A DNA stretch of 64,000 nt from a virus: IMG/VR virus record IMGVR_UViG_3300012920_000025, positions 1-64,000 of that record; one strand, given 5' to 3'. The position numbers were made by a program, and so were the translations under genes. The notes below the pieces were generated by a model, which worked only from the letters and a program-made list of their open reading frames with translations, ran no database searches and was not told the DNA's origin. Within the stretch, counting starts at the first letter, position 1. Each line of letters opens with the position of its first letter. Positions 35,647-45,958 of the stretch are shown here, one piece after another.

Positions 35647-36795
35647 ATGGGGAAGGTAACAAAAATTAAACCTGGTGGTTTATCCACCAAGGATATAATC
35701 GCATCTCTTAACAAATCGTCAGGAGGTGTGGTTGCCTACAATCTTGGAGAAGAGAACCCAACGGAAGTCAAGGAGTGGATTCCGACTGGTTCCCGATGGT
35801 TGGATTCTATTACTTGCAAGGGCAGGTACGCGGGAATCCCAGTGGGTAAGATCTCTGAGATTGCAGGACTTGAAGCAACGGGTAAATCATTCATGGCTGC
35901 TCAAGTTGCCGCTAATGCCCAGAAGATGGGTTGCCGTGTTGCTTACTTTGATTCAGAGTCTGCTATTGACCCTGACTTTCTCCGGAGAGCAGGATGTGAT
36001 GTAGACGATGAAGATAGTGGTTTGATTTATATTCAAGCACACTCTGTTGAAATGGTGATGGAGACAATTGAGAATCTTTTAAAGATGCCTGAGAAATGGG
36101 TTTTTATCTGGGACTCACTTGCGCTCACTCCTTCAGAGCATGACTTGGAGTCAGACTTCGATCCTCAATCATCTATGGCGATGAAAGCAAGAGTGTTATC
36201 AAAGGGCATGCCAAAGTTGGTGCAACCTATTGCTAATGCTGGCGCAACTTTGTTGGTGTTGAATCAGTTGAAGACCAATATTACTAGGTCTCCTTCCGAG
36301 GCAATGACAACGCCATACATGACTCCTGGTGGCAAGACACTACCTTATTCTTATTCCTTAAGAATCTGGTTAACAGGAAGAAAAGCGAAAGCATCTTTCG
36401 TTACAGATGAAAACGGATTCAGGATTGGATCAGAGGTAAAGTGTAAAATTGAAAAGTCTAGATTCGGGTCGACCGGACGTACTTGTAACTTTAAGATCCT
36501 TTGGGGCGACTCTGATACTGTTGGTGTTCAGGACAGGGAAAGTTGGTTTGATGCCATTCAGATTTCAGATAACCTTGAGCAATCTGGCGCTTGGTATGCA
36601 CTTGTCTATGAAGATGGCACAAGAGAAAAGTTTCAGAGGGCCCATTGGTTAAAGAAGTTGGAAGATGAGAAATTTCAAAAAAGAGTCTTGCAAATCATGG
36701 ATGAAGATGTTATTATGAAGTTCAGCGAAAAGACAGGCAAAGCATCTGATTTCTATGATCAGGAAGAGGATGTCCCACCAAAGACCGACAGCTAG
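35647..36795 (+). CDS. recA: RecA/UvsX recombinase
   Basis: IPTGS..LD, GIPVGKISEIAGLEATGKS, FDSESAID, TPGG. Confidence 0.95.
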   Translation: MGKVTKIKPGGLSTKDIIASLNKSSGGVVAYNLGEENPTEVKEWIPTGSRWLDSITCKGRYAGIPVGKISEIAGLEATGKSFMAAQVAANAQKMGCRVAYFDSESAIDPDFLRRAGCDVDDEDSGLIYIQAHSVEMVMETIENLLKMPEKWVFIWDSLALTPSEHDLESDFDPQSSMAMKARVLSKGMPKLVQPIANAGATLLVLNQLKTNITRSPSEAMTTPYMTPGGKTLPYSYSLRIWLTGRKAKASFVTDENGFRIGSEVKCKIEKSRFGSTGRTCNFKILWGDSDTVGVQDRESWFDAIQISDNLEQSGAWYALVYEDGTREKFQRAHWLKKLEDEKFQKRVLQIMDEDVIMKFSEKTGKASDFYDQEEDVPPKTDS

Positions 36796-36801
36796 GTTGG
36801 T

Positions 36802-36831
36802 CCACCCCTGGGAAACCAGGGGTGTTTTTTT
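36802..36831 (+). terminator. Rho-independent terminator
   Basis: CACCCCTGG-GAAA-CCAGGGGTG followed by TTTTTTT. Confidence 0.9.
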
Positions 36832-36848
36832 ATTTAAAGGAGAGTAGG

Positions 36849-36944
36849 ATGCTTGAAAACATACTCAACGACAAAGAATTTATTTATACTGCTATTGGTA
36901 TGGTTATTATAGGACTTGCCTTGCATAAATGGAAAAAGGACTAG
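36849..36944 (+). CDS. Small single-TM membrane peptide (31 aa, not in ORF track)
   Basis: SD AAGGAG; MLENILNDKEFIYTAIGMVIIGLALHKWKKD*. Confidence 0.55.
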   Translation: MLENILNDKEFIYTAIGMVIIGLALHKWKKD

Positions 36945-36945
36945 A

Positions 36946-37914
36946 ATGAAAAAACTGCTTATAGTTGATGCACAAAATCAATTTATGCGCTCGTACATTG
37001 TTAATCCTACGCTGTCCCCTAATGGAGACCCTCTCGGCGGCGTAGTTGGATTCTTGCAAACAATGAATAAACTGTGCAGACAGGTCCGCCCAGACGCTTT
37101 TGTTGTTGTTTGGGATGGCGATGGTGGATCTTCTAAAAGAAGGTCAAAAAACAAAAACTATAAGGCAGGCAGAAAACCGCCCAAACTTAACAGGTGGGCG
37201 CAGAATATGAACCCTGCTGAGATCCACACCAATCGAGTGTGGCAGCAGGTTCGTTGTATTGAGTACGTTAATGAGACACCGATCATTCAATTCCGAGAAC
37301 CGGGTGTTGAAGCGGATGATGTTATATCATATGTTAGCAGTATGCCCATCTTTAAAGAGTGGAATAAAGCTATAGTTTCGAGTGATAAGGATTTTATTCA
37401 ATTGCTTGATGACAAAACTTTGTTGATTCGACCTACTCAACAGGAGATATTAAACTACAAGAGGGTTTTGGATCAGTACTCTATTCACCCAAGAAACTTT
37501 GCTATTGCCAGATCTATGGTTGGAGACAAGAGCGATAACATCGATGGAATATCGGGCGTCGGACTCAAGACTGTAGCAAAAGCATTTCCCTTTCTTGCTG
37601 AAGACAGGGACGTTTACCTTAGCGACATTAAGGAGCATGCAGAGACCGTAGATTCTAAATTGTCGGTTTATTCTAAACTTGTTGCAGAATATAAAAAAGT
37701 ATGCGATAATTATTCAATAATGCAATTGAGCACACCCCTGATATCAGTTCAGTGTGCACAACATATAAATGATACTTTTGGAGAATACAAACCTTTGTTT
37801 AATAAAACAGAAATCAACAAAATGTTATCTGTGGACGGACTGATTTCAATCAATATCGACTGCTTAACAACAAGTTTCAACTCTATGGTATCCAACAAAA
37901 TCGGTTTTAATTAA
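36946..37914 (+). CDS. 5'-3' exonuclease / flap endonuclease (T4 RNase H / Pol I N-terminal type)
   Basis: LIVDA.N, YKAGR, EADDVI, SSDKDFIQL, GDKSDNIDGISGVGLKT. Confidence 0.93.
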   Translation: MKKLLIVDAQNQFMRSYIVNPTLSPNGDPLGGVVGFLQTMNKLCRQVRPDAFVVVWDGDGGSSKRRSKNKNYKAGRKPPKLNRWAQNMNPAEIHTNRVWQQVRCIEYVNETPIIQFREPGVEADDVISYVSSMPIFKEWNKAIVSSDKDFIQLLDDKTLLIRPTQQEILNYKRVLDQYSIHPRNFAIARSMVGDKSDNIDGISGVGLKTVAKAFPFLAEDRDVYLSDIKEHAETVDSKLSVYSKLVAEYKKVCDNYSIMQLSTPLISVQCAQHINDTFGEYKPLFNKTEINKMLSVDGLISINIDCLTTSFNSMVSNKIGFN

Positions 37915-39293
37915 TGCAAGCAGTCAAAAGAGATTTTTCCAAGTTTGGGAAAAGTTTTCAAGAAAACTTATGTCACATCATTCTGGACGATAGACCGTTC
38001 GCAGAGCAGATATTTGAAGTGCTAGAGGACAACTTTCTTGAACTCTCCTATCTTCGAGTTTTTGTAAAAAAGATTCGACAGTACAAGGAAAAATATGGAG
38101 TCCACCCAACCAGAGATATAATGAAAAGCATAATGCGCACTGGCATTGCAGAAGAGCAAGACTCTGTGCAGAAGTTGTTGAGAGATTATTATGCCAGAGT
38201 ATTATCTAGACAGATACAAACTGAAGAAGTTGGGTACATTAAGGATACCGCTTTGGATTTTTGCAGAAAGCAGAAACTCCAAGAAGCAATGATGAGGTGT
38301 GTGCCTCTTCTTGAAAAATCTTCTTTTGATGAGATAGCGAAAAATATAAATGATGCAATAAAACTGGGTATGTCCAATGATGTTGGTTACGACTACATGA
38401 AAGACTTCGAACTCAGGTTTATGGAAAAGTCTCGCGATCCCGTATCTACAGGGTGGGATACTGTTGATAAGATTACTAAGGGCGGACTTGGTAAAGGAGA
38501 ACTGGGAGTTGTGATTGCACCAACTGGTGCAGGAAAGTCAATGGTACTCGTTCATCTTGGTGCACAAGCACTTCAACGTGGCAAAAATGTTGTGCATTAC
38601 ACTCTTGAACTTGGAGATACCGTTGTTGGAACTAGATATGATAGTTGTATAACAGGTTATCACCTAACTGGCATTAATGTTTTCAAGGAACAAATCTATG
38701 ACGACCTCAGAGATTTAGAGGGTAAACTTATTATAAAAGAATACCCAACTAGATCCGCTACAATAAGCACTATACGAAATCACGTAGAAAAAATGAAAGT
38801 TACAGGTTTTGTACCGGACATGATTATTGTTGACTATGCTGATCTTATAAAACCAACAGGATCATCACGAGAGGAGAAGAGACATCAACTTGAGACGATT
38901 TATGAAGAGTTGAGAGGAATATCTCAAGAGGTTGGGTGTCCTGTGTGGACAGCATCCCAGACTAATAGGTCAGCATTAAATGCAGAAGTTATAACAATGG
39001 AATCTATTTCAGAAGCATACAATAAGTGTTTTGTTGCTGATTTTATCTTCTCTGTCTCTCGTACAATTGACGACAAAGAGATAAATGGTGGAAGAATTTT
39101 TATTGCAAAGAACAGAAATGGGCCCGATGGAATGATTTACCCTATATTTATGGATACCTCTAATGTCAAGATCAAGATCTTGCCAAAGGTACTCACCACA
39201 GAAGAAATGGATGACGTGACTAAAAATGCAGCGAAAAAACAAAAAGAATTTATTAGAGAGAGATATCAAAAAATGAAGGGAGGAAGCAAATGA
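37914..39293 (+). CDS. dnaB: Replicative helicase, DnaB/gp41-like
   Basis: APTGAGKS, YTLE, IIVDYADL, WTASQTNR, IAKNRNG. Confidence 0.93.
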   Translation: MQAVKRDFSKFGKSFQENLCHIILDDRPFAEQIFEVLEDNFLELSYLRVFVKKIRQYKEKYGVHPTRDIMKSIMRTGIAEEQDSVQKLLRDYYARVLSRQIQTEEVGYIKDTALDFCRKQKLQEAMMRCVPLLEKSSFDEIAKNINDAIKLGMSNDVGYDYMKDFELRFMEKSRDPVSTGWDTVDKITKGGLGKGELGVVIAPTGAGKSMVLVHLGAQALQRGKNVVHYTLELGDTVVGTRYDSCITGYHLTGINVFKEQIYDDLRDLEGKLIIKEYPTRSATISTIRNHVEKMKVTGFVPDMIIVDYADLIKPTGSSREEKRHQLETIYEELRGISQEVGCPVWTASQTNRSALNAEVITMESISEAYNKCFVADFIFSVSRTIDDKEINGGRIFIAKNRNGPDGMIYPIFMDTSNVKIKILPKVLTTEEMDDVTKNAAKKQKEFIRERYQKMKGGSK

Positions 39294-41152
39294 GTTTATC
39301 AAATGATATTTTGTCAGAGATCACAGTGCACATGAAGTACGCAAAGTACATTCCAGAAAAAAACAGAAGAGAGACATGGGAAGAACTAGTAACAAGGAAT
39401 ATGCAAATGCACCTTAAGAAGTTCCCAGAACTTGAATTGCAAATAAGAAAAAACTATAAGATGGTTTTCGATAAGAAGGTATTACCCTCTATGAGGTCCC
39501 TGCAGTTTGGAGGCAAACCAATTGAAGTTGCCCCTAACCGTATTTTCAACTGTGCATTCATGCCGATCGATGACTGGCGCTCATTTGGTGAGGCAATGTT
39601 CCTTTTGCTAGGCGGTACTGGTGTTGGTTACAGTGTGCAGAAGCATCATGTAGAAAAGTTACCAGAGATTCAGAAACCAAACACTAAAAGAACTAGAAGG
39701 TTCTTGGTTAATGACTCGATAGAGGGTTGGGCAGATGCTGTAAAGGCGCTGGTCAGATCCTACTTTAACGGTGGATCTAGACTTAGATTTGATTATACGG
39801 ACATACGACCCAAGGGTGCAGCACTCGTGACGTCAGGTGGTAAAGCACCAGGACCCCAACCCCTGCGTGAATGTCTTGTCAAACTAGAAGGTATGTTATC
39901 AGAGAAAGAGAACGGAGATAAGTTATCATCTATTGAAGTTCATGATATGGTGTGCCACATTGCCGACGCTGTGCTTGCAGGTGGTATCAGAAGAGCGGCA
40001 CTTATTTCACTATTCTCTGCAGATGATGATGATATGATTGCGGCCAAGTCCGGTAACTGGTGGGAGACTAACCCACAGCGTGGACGTGCAAATAACTCTG
40101 TCGTTTTACTTCGCCACAAGATTGACAAAGAATATTTTATGAATCTTTGGGACAGAGTCAAAGCATCAGGGGCGGGAGAACCAGGGTTTTATTTCTCTAA
40201 CGACAAAGATTGGGGTACGAACCCCTGTTGTGAGATCGGACTTAGACCTTACCAGTTCTGCAATCTAACAGAAGTGAATGTTTCAGACCTAGAATCACAA
40301 GAAGACTTTGAAGAGAGGGTAAAGGCAGCGACTTTCATTGGCACGCTGCAAGCAAGTTACACAGACTTTCACTATCTTCGTGATGTTTGGCGCAGAACAA
40401 CAGAAAGAGATGCACTTATCGGCGTATCAATGACTGGTATTGCATCCGGTGCTGTTCTTGATCTTGATATGAAAGCAGCAGCAATCGCAGTTAAGAAAGA
40501 GAACTCAAGGGTTGCGGAACTTATTGGTGTTAAACCAGCAGCAAGAACAACTTGCGTGAAACCAGCAGGTACTACAAGTTTAACTGTTGGGACATCCTCT
40601 GGTATCCACGCTTGGCATAACGACTACTATATTCGTCGCATTCGAGTTGGTAAGAATGAACCAATCTATTCTTACTTGGTAGAGAATCACCCAGAGTTAA
40701 TCGAGGATGAATACTTCAGTCCCCATAGCACTGCTGTTATTTCTATTCCACAAAAGGCACCAGAAAACGCTATTATGAGAACGGAGTCAGCGCTTCAGTT
40801 ACTTAGAAGAGTTAAGAAAGTAACTGACGAGTGGGTGAAACCAGGGTTTAGAAAAGGTCAGAATACTCACAATATCTCTGCAACAGTATCAATCAAGGAT
40901 GCGGAATGGGTCGACGTTGGTGAGTGGATGTGGGAAAACAGAGAGAGTTACAACGGACTGTCTGTGCTTCCTTACGACGGTGGTACGTACACCCAAGCAC
41001 CTTTTGAGGATTGCTCAAAAGAAACCTATGAAGCAATGATGGCATCTCTCAGCAATGTTGACCTGACTAGAGTCGTTGAAGAAGAGGACAACACAGATCT
41101 TAAGGGTGAAGTTGCTTGTGCAGGCGGTGCTTGTGAGGTTAAATTTGTATGA
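39290..41152 (+). CDS. nrdJ: Class II (B12-dependent) ribonucleotide reductase
   Basis: FNCA, GGTGVG, GRANNS, TNPCCEI, TCVKPAGT, C-terminal CAGGAC; no beta subunit nearby. Confidence 0.9.
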   Translation: MSLSNDILSEITVHMKYAKYIPEKNRRETWEELVTRNMQMHLKKFPELELQIRKNYKMVFDKKVLPSMRSLQFGGKPIEVAPNRIFNCAFMPIDDWRSFGEAMFLLLGGTGVGYSVQKHHVEKLPEIQKPNTKRTRRFLVNDSIEGWADAVKALVRSYFNGGSRLRFDYTDIRPKGAALVTSGGKAPGPQPLRECLVKLEGMLSEKENGDKLSSIEVHDMVCHIADAVLAGGIRRAALISLFSADDDDMIAAKSGNWWETNPQRGRANNSVVLLRHKIDKEYFMNLWDRVKASGAGEPGFYFSNDKDWGTNPCCEIGLRPYQFCNLTEVNVSDLESQEDFEERVKAATFIGTLQASYTDFHYLRDVWRRTTERDALIGVSMTGIASGAVLDLDMKAAAIAVKKENSRVAELIGVKPAARTTCVKPAGTTSLTVGTSSGIHAWHNDYYIRRIRVGKNEPIYSYLVENHPELIEDEYFSPHSTAVISIPQKAPENAIMRTESALQLLRRVKKVTDEWVKPGFRKGQNTHNISATVSIKDAEWVDVGEWMWENRESYNGLSVLPYDGGTYTQAPFEDCSKETYEAMMASLSNVDLTRVVEEEDNTDLKGEVACAGGACEVKFV

Positions 41153-41538
41153 GTTACTCGAAGCAAGTGATAGACCATTTTGAGAACCCAAGAAATACGG
41201 GATCATTAGATAAGAATGACAACTCTGTAGGAACTGGTATTGTCGGCGCACCCGCTTGTGGAGATGTTATGAAATTACAAATCAAAGTAAATGATAACGG
41301 AGAAATTGAAGATGCAAAGTTTAAAACATATGGTTGCGGTTCAGCAATTGCATCTTCATCTCTGGTTACAGAATGGATAAAAGGTAAAACTCTTGACGAA
41401 GCGCAAGAGATCAAAAACAAAGACATTGCGGAATACCTTTCTCTTCCGCCTGTAAAAATTCACTGTTCTGTCTTAGCTGAAGATGCAATCAAATCTGCCA
41501 TAGAGGATTATAAAAAGAAAAATGATAACTCTAACTGA
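41149..41538 (+). CDS. iscU: Fe-S cluster scaffold IscU
   Basis: DHFENPRN, GAPACGDVM, GCGSAIASSS, LPPVKIHCSVLAEDA. Confidence 0.97.
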   Translation: MSYSKQVIDHFENPRNTGSLDKNDNSVGTGIVGAPACGDVMKLQIKVNDNGEIEDAKFKTYGCGSAIASSSLVTEWIKGKTLDEAQEIKNKDIAEYLSLPPVKIHCSVLAEDAIKSAIEDYKKKNDNSN

Positions 41539-41836
41539 ATCTGCTGCAAAAAAGATGAAAGCAATGCTAGACAATAAAGATGAGACGGGAGTGCGCGCCG
41601 CTGTACAGGGCGGCGGGTGTTCCGGTTTTACTTATAAGTTATTGTTCGATTCGGAGAACAAAGGTGATAAAGTAATAACAGACCAGGGCGTTAAGATCTA
41701 TGTAGACCCTAAGAGTTTTTTGTATTTGATGGGAACGACGATAGACTTTGTTGATGAATTGAATCAATCTGGATTTAGATTCGTCAACCCCAACGCAAAA
41801 AGAACTTGTGGGTGCGGCGAGAGTTTTTCAATTTAG
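41522..41836 (+). CDS. iscA: A-type Fe-S carrier IscA/HesB
   Basis: ITLTESAA, GGGCSG, NPNA..TCGCGESF. Confidence 0.96.
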   Translation: MITLTESAAKKMKAMLDNKDETGVRAAVQGGGCSGFTYKLLFDSENKGDKVITDQGVKIYVDPKSFLYLMGTTIDFVDELNQSGFRFVNPNAKRTCGCGESFSI

Positions 41837-41849
41837 GCACAAAAAATAC

Positions 41850-41878
41850 TTGCATTATTTGATATAATCTAGTATTAT
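41850..41878 (+). promoter_or_regulatory. Sigma70-type promoter
   Basis: TTGCAT-17-TATTAT in an intergenic gap. Confidence 0.6.
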
Positions 41879-41908
41879 TATTCTACCAACAACAAAGAAG
41901 GAGATATT

Positions 41909-42181
41909 ATGTTTGGTGACAAAGAAGAAGATTTGTTGACGAAAGACGAACACATCGTCAATTTTATTAAAGCATTTGTTGCTATCGAGCAAGAGATGGA
42001 ACCCCTGAAGGAACACCTTCGTGATTTGAGATCCAGTTATTCTGAGAACGATTGGTTATCCAAAGAGGATATGCGAATGGCAGTTAAGGTATATAGGATG
42101 CTGAAATCTGGCGACGACCTTGAAATGATTACAGATTACTTTAATCATCTCAAGCAAAACTTTGGGGGTGCAGATGTCTGA
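41909..42181 (+). CDS. Small helical DNA-binding protein (GapR/T4 DsbA-like)
   Basis: FI......IEQE...LKE..RDL..Y pattern, 90 aa. Confidence 0.45.
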   Translation: MFGDKEEDLLTKDEHIVNFIKAFVAIEQEMEPLKEHLRDLRSSYSENDWLSKEDMRMAVKVYRMLKSGDDLEMITDYFNHLKQNFGGADV

Positions 42182-42497
42182 TAGAATCCTAACACTAAAA
42201 CCTCTCAATAGGTATGTTACAATCGTTCCGCATTTTGTTACAAAGAAGACTGATAACGGGGTTTTATTGCCTGAAGACTTTAAGCAAGAGGAGTCTAGGT
42301 TTGTGAAAGCAACGATTGTAGAGATCGCGTCAGACTGTAAAGAAGATCTCAAAAGAGTTCAAAGAACTTCCAAGAGTGAAGTCACTGCTATAGTTGATAG
42401 GTCTATGATCGAGGTTGTAGAGTTGGCAGATAGAAAGCATCATGTTATATTAGAGAACTACATCCTTGGCGTCTACAGGAGACCAGATGAAAATTGA
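42174..42497 (+). CDS. groES: Divergent co-chaperonin GroES
   Basis: LKPLNRYV.I, T.NGVLLP, ATIVEI, HVILENYILG. Confidence 0.7.
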   Translation: MSDRILTLKPLNRYVTIVPHFVTKKTDNGVLLPEDFKQEESRFVKATIVEIASDCKEDLKRVQRTSKSEVTAIVDRSMIEVVELADRKHHVILENYILGVYRRPDEN

Positions 42498-43185
42498 TTT
42501 ATTTGGGGACGATATAGGTGCGGTTGAGTACGTTTCACATATGGGTACGGATCTGTCAGTTGTTAATGCGGCACGAGTGTCCTTTGGAGCAGGAAAAGAA
42601 GAAGTAGACGAAAAGGATATTAAACTCATCAACTATCTTATGCGCCACAATCATAGTTCTCCTTTTGAACATTGTGTGCTTACTTATAAATTTACTGTGC
42701 CTTTGTTTATACGCTCCCAACACCACAGACATCGTACTTGGGCTTATAACGAGATCAGTAGAAGGTACACTTCTGTGGACATGAAGTTTTATGAACCTAG
42801 TGAGTTTAGAACTCAGCACAAGTCCAACAGGCAAGCGAGCAACGTGGAGGGCATGATTGATCCCGACATGTCAAAGGGTATGGCCCCAGGCGTCACAGCA
42901 TCAAGAATGGTAAAAGACCATCACGCTCAATCCCTGTTTCTCTATACTAGGTTGGTAGAGGAGGGTGTTTGCCGCGAGCAAGCAAGAGGCGTCTTACCGC
43001 AAAACTTATATACACAGTATTATGGGACAGCAAACTTGCACAACTTACTGAAGTTTGTATCATTGCGCGTGCATGATGGCGCACAGTGGGAAATACAAGA
43101 AGTTGCTAAAGCGTGTTTGAGTATTGCGAAGCAGCACTTTCCTCACTCTGTGGAATCTTTTATGAAGCACAAAATGGAGCACTGA
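42487..43185 (+). CDS. thyX: FAD-dependent thymidylate synthase
   Basis: AARVSF, H.SPFEH, RHRTWAYNEISRRY, REQAR.VLP, AQWEI. Confidence 0.96.
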   Translation: MKIDLFGDDIGAVEYVSHMGTDLSVVNAARVSFGAGKEEVDEKDIKLINYLMRHNHSSPFEHCVLTYKFTVPLFIRSQHHRHRTWAYNEISRRYTSVDMKFYEPSEFRTQHKSNRQASNVEGMIDPDMSKGMAPGVTASRMVKDHHAQSLFLYTRLVEEGVCREQARGVLPQNLYTQYYGTANLHNLLKFVSLRVHDGAQWEIQEVAKACLSIAKQHFPHSVESFMKHKMEH

Positions 43186-45206
43186 TGAAGAAACTAACAC
43201 TTTTACTTTTTCTATTTGCATGTTCAGACAGTAGCGTCACCACTGGAGGTCTAGACGCCGAGAGTATCAGAACTCTAATCTCAGATTCAGCATCGGTCGA
43301 TGTGCAGGTGGTTCAAATACCGGATATTACGGTTGATGTTTGGGTCGACCCTTGTGCCGATTTGCAAAATACCCACCCAAGGTTTTGCGATTGCAATCCA
43401 AATTGTTGCCAACAACAAACTTGGTATTGTCCTCCGCGAGGTGTAGAAGTGCAGGCAAAGTATGCAGTGTTGGATATTTGTGACGAAAACTTGGTGCCTT
43501 GTGATAGAAATCGAGATCCAAATTGCCCCCCGGCACAAATAATTGAAGAGACTGGTTGCCAGCATGCCTTTGATTGTCCTCCGGGTATCAATGAAGACTT
43601 CACTATGTATTATAATTGCGATATCAATGGTATATCCGGAACACAACAGGTGCGCTGCGATAAGGGTCGCTTGTATTACGGAGAGTGTGTAACCTGTTAT
43701 GAAGAAGAAGAGGTTTGTGACAGTGTCGACAATGATTGTGATGGTAATGTAGATGAAAATCAACTAAATGCTTGTGGTGGTTGCGGACAGGTGCCCGAAG
43801 ACATTTGTGATGGTTTGGACAATGATTGCGATGGTAACATCGATGAACAACTTATCAGAGAGTGTACAACTATATGCAACACCGGACTTGAGATGTGTGG
43901 TAACGGAGACTGGATTGGGTGTACAGCAGATCGGCCGACTGATGAAGAGTGTGATGGCGAAGATAACGATTGCGACAATCTTGTGGACGAGGGATTAAAC
44001 TGTCAATGTCCACCAGAAATGGTTGGTGCTTTAGTTCCATGTATGGAGTCTCCTCTTACCTGCGGTATGGGGTTTAAAACTTGCGAGTGTGTGAATGAAG
44101 ATTGCGAAGTTACTGAGATGACTGAATGTTTTGCTCTTTGTCACTGGGTTCCAGAGTTATCTGAAGGGGTGCCATGTGATCAGTTTGCGGGTATTGCAAC
44201 AGATCCGGAAGTATGCAATAACTTCGATGAAGATTGTGATTCTTTAATAGATGAGCAACTTACACGACAATGTTATACTGGACCAGAAGGCACCTTGAAT
44301 GTTGGTGTCTGTAACGAGGGTCAGCAAACCTGCAACATGGGGCAGTGGTACGGACAAGATCAGTCCAGAAGGCAGATTGTAGATTTCTGTGGCGGTGAGG
44401 TGCTTCCTAGTGATGAGATTTGTGATGGTGCCGACAACGACTGCGACGGCATAATAGATTATGGTGAAGAGATACCTGAAACAGATATATTATTTATCGT
44501 AGACTGGTCCGGATCTATGGAAAACTATATTAATGCGGTGAGAATGGCAATGAACAGGTTCGCTCAAGATTTTTCCGCAGAAGATAAGTTGAAGTGGGGT
44601 TTAATTGTGGGACCCAAACTTAGGGTGACCCCTACGGATAACGAAGAGATGCTGATCCTACAATCAGATATATCAAACTTTGAGGATTTTTTGACAGCGT
44701 TTTCGAATGTAGGTCAGTTTGACAATCAGACAGGAAATGAGATGCTTAAAGATGCAATATTATTATCGCTCGCTAACATATCCGGAAATGTTGCATATGA
44801 CTTCGCCCGAGCACGCTGGGCAAACAGAGTAAACTCACACCCAGAACTTAAATTTTTCAAAATCAATTGGCGTACTAACGCCGACAGAATCATTGTAGTG
44901 TTCTCTGATGAGCATGCGCAGTCGTTTTTGGTTCCTCGTGTCAATACGGATGTTGTATGGGATGCATTAGATGCGACACCAAACTTAAAGTTTTATGTTT
45001 TTGCGCAGAGGAACGCTAGAGTCTGGGACAACTATGCTCAACATGGCAATGGTTCAGTCTTTGAATTGTCGCGCAATCAGCAGCAGATGTATGATGATTT
45101 GATGTCGATTCTAGATGAGATATGCTTGTCTGCTGATTCGAGAGATGATTTTGAACCAGTGTCATACAGGCATCGATATGATTATGTTCAGAAAATATGC
45201 TACTAG
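43185..45206 (+). CDS. Lipoprotein with Cys-rich CDGxDNDCDG repeats and C-terminal vWA (MIDAS) domain
   Basis: MKKLTLLLFLFA-C lipobox; 5 E.CD..DNDCDG..DE-type repeats; ILFIVDWSGSM...VVFSDE. Confidence 0.85.
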   Translation: MKKLTLLLFLFACSDSSVTTGGLDAESIRTLISDSASVDVQVVQIPDITVDVWVDPCADLQNTHPRFCDCNPNCCQQQTWYCPPRGVEVQAKYAVLDICDENLVPCDRNRDPNCPPAQIIEETGCQHAFDCPPGINEDFTMYYNCDINGISGTQQVRCDKGRLYYGECVTCYEEEEVCDSVDNDCDGNVDENQLNACGGCGQVPEDICDGLDNDCDGNIDEQLIRECTTICNTGLEMCGNGDWIGCTADRPTDEECDGEDNDCDNLVDEGLNCQCPPEMVGALVPCMESPLTCGMGFKTCECVNEDCEVTEMTECFALCHWVPELSEGVPCDQFAGIATDPEVCNNFDEDCDSLIDEQLTRQCYTGPEGTLNVGVCNEGQQTCNMGQWYGQDQSRRQIVDFCGGEVLPSDEICDGADNDCDGIIDYGEEIPETDILFIVDWSGSMENYINAVRMAMNRFAQDFSAEDKLKWGLIVGPKLRVTPTDNEEMLILQSDISNFEDFLTAFSNVGQFDNQTGNEMLKDAILLSLANISGNVAYDFARARWANRVNSHPELKFFKINWRTNADRIIVVFSDEHAQSFLVPRVNTDVVWDALDATPNLKFYVFAQRNARVWDNYAQHGNGSVFELSRNQQQMYDDLMSILDEICLSADSRDDFEPVSYRHRYDYVQKICY

Positions 45207-45958
45207 ATAGTGTGGTGGTGGGTCGTGGTTTTCACTCACTGCTGAAATCATATACAGAAAAGATTCCTATGGTTTTGGTTAATCACGATTCCCCAACTAT
45301 CGATTTAAAACTCTCCGATACATTTCACATAGAAAACCTATCAACAGTAAGAGAACTGGAAGCGTGGCAAATGTTAAAGTTCCTTTGTTCAATGGAGGGT
45401 TTGATTGTAAATCCTAACCCACTCTCTTATCTTAGGATGGAAGAGGATACTTTGCGCTTTAATGGAGGGCATATTCAATTCAAAAAGTGCCACCTCTTTT
45501 CATGTCCAGACTTAAAAACCGACCTTCCGATAGTCAGAATAGATAACGATGATTTATACAGGGTTCTGGATTTTATGAGGTTAAAAATATGTAATGCGTC
45601 TAATATAGATACAATATTTCCAAAAGACACATTTATAGACAAGATAGAGTGTTTTGGAAAGAAAGAAGTCGTGGCAGTTTCTACACTTTCAAAAGAACAG
45701 TTGACAACTTTTGACTATTCTGATACTATTGTTAGATTCATAACTCAAAAAGTTCTTTTATCTAGCAATGGTCTACACAGACCGCTGATATCAAAAGACT
45801 CGGAGAGGAGAAGAAACCCTATACTGACAGTGCTCGAAAGATCGGTCGTACCTATTTCAGAGACAGTATACAGGAGTTCTAGAAAGGTAAAATATTATGA
45901 CAGAAAAAAGCGAGATGACATCTTCAAAGCATATTGCAGGGATAATACCTGTATCTAA
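45197..45958 (+). CDS. Hypothetical protein (possible degenerate Rossmann/FAD-binding start)
   Basis: DSVVVGRG N-terminus; otherwise unrecognised. Confidence 0.55.
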   Translation: MLLDSVVVGRGFHSLLKSYTEKIPMVLVNHDSPTIDLKLSDTFHIENLSTVRELEAWQMLKFLCSMEGLIVNPNPLSYLRMEEDTLRFNGGHIQFKKCHLFSCPDLKTDLPIVRIDNDDLYRVLDFMRLKICNASNIDTIFPKDTFIDKIECFGKKEVVAVSTLSKEQLTTFDYSDTIVRFITQKVLLSSNGLHRPLISKDSERRRNPILTVLERSVVPISETVYRSSRKVKYYDRKKRDDIFKAYCRDNTCI

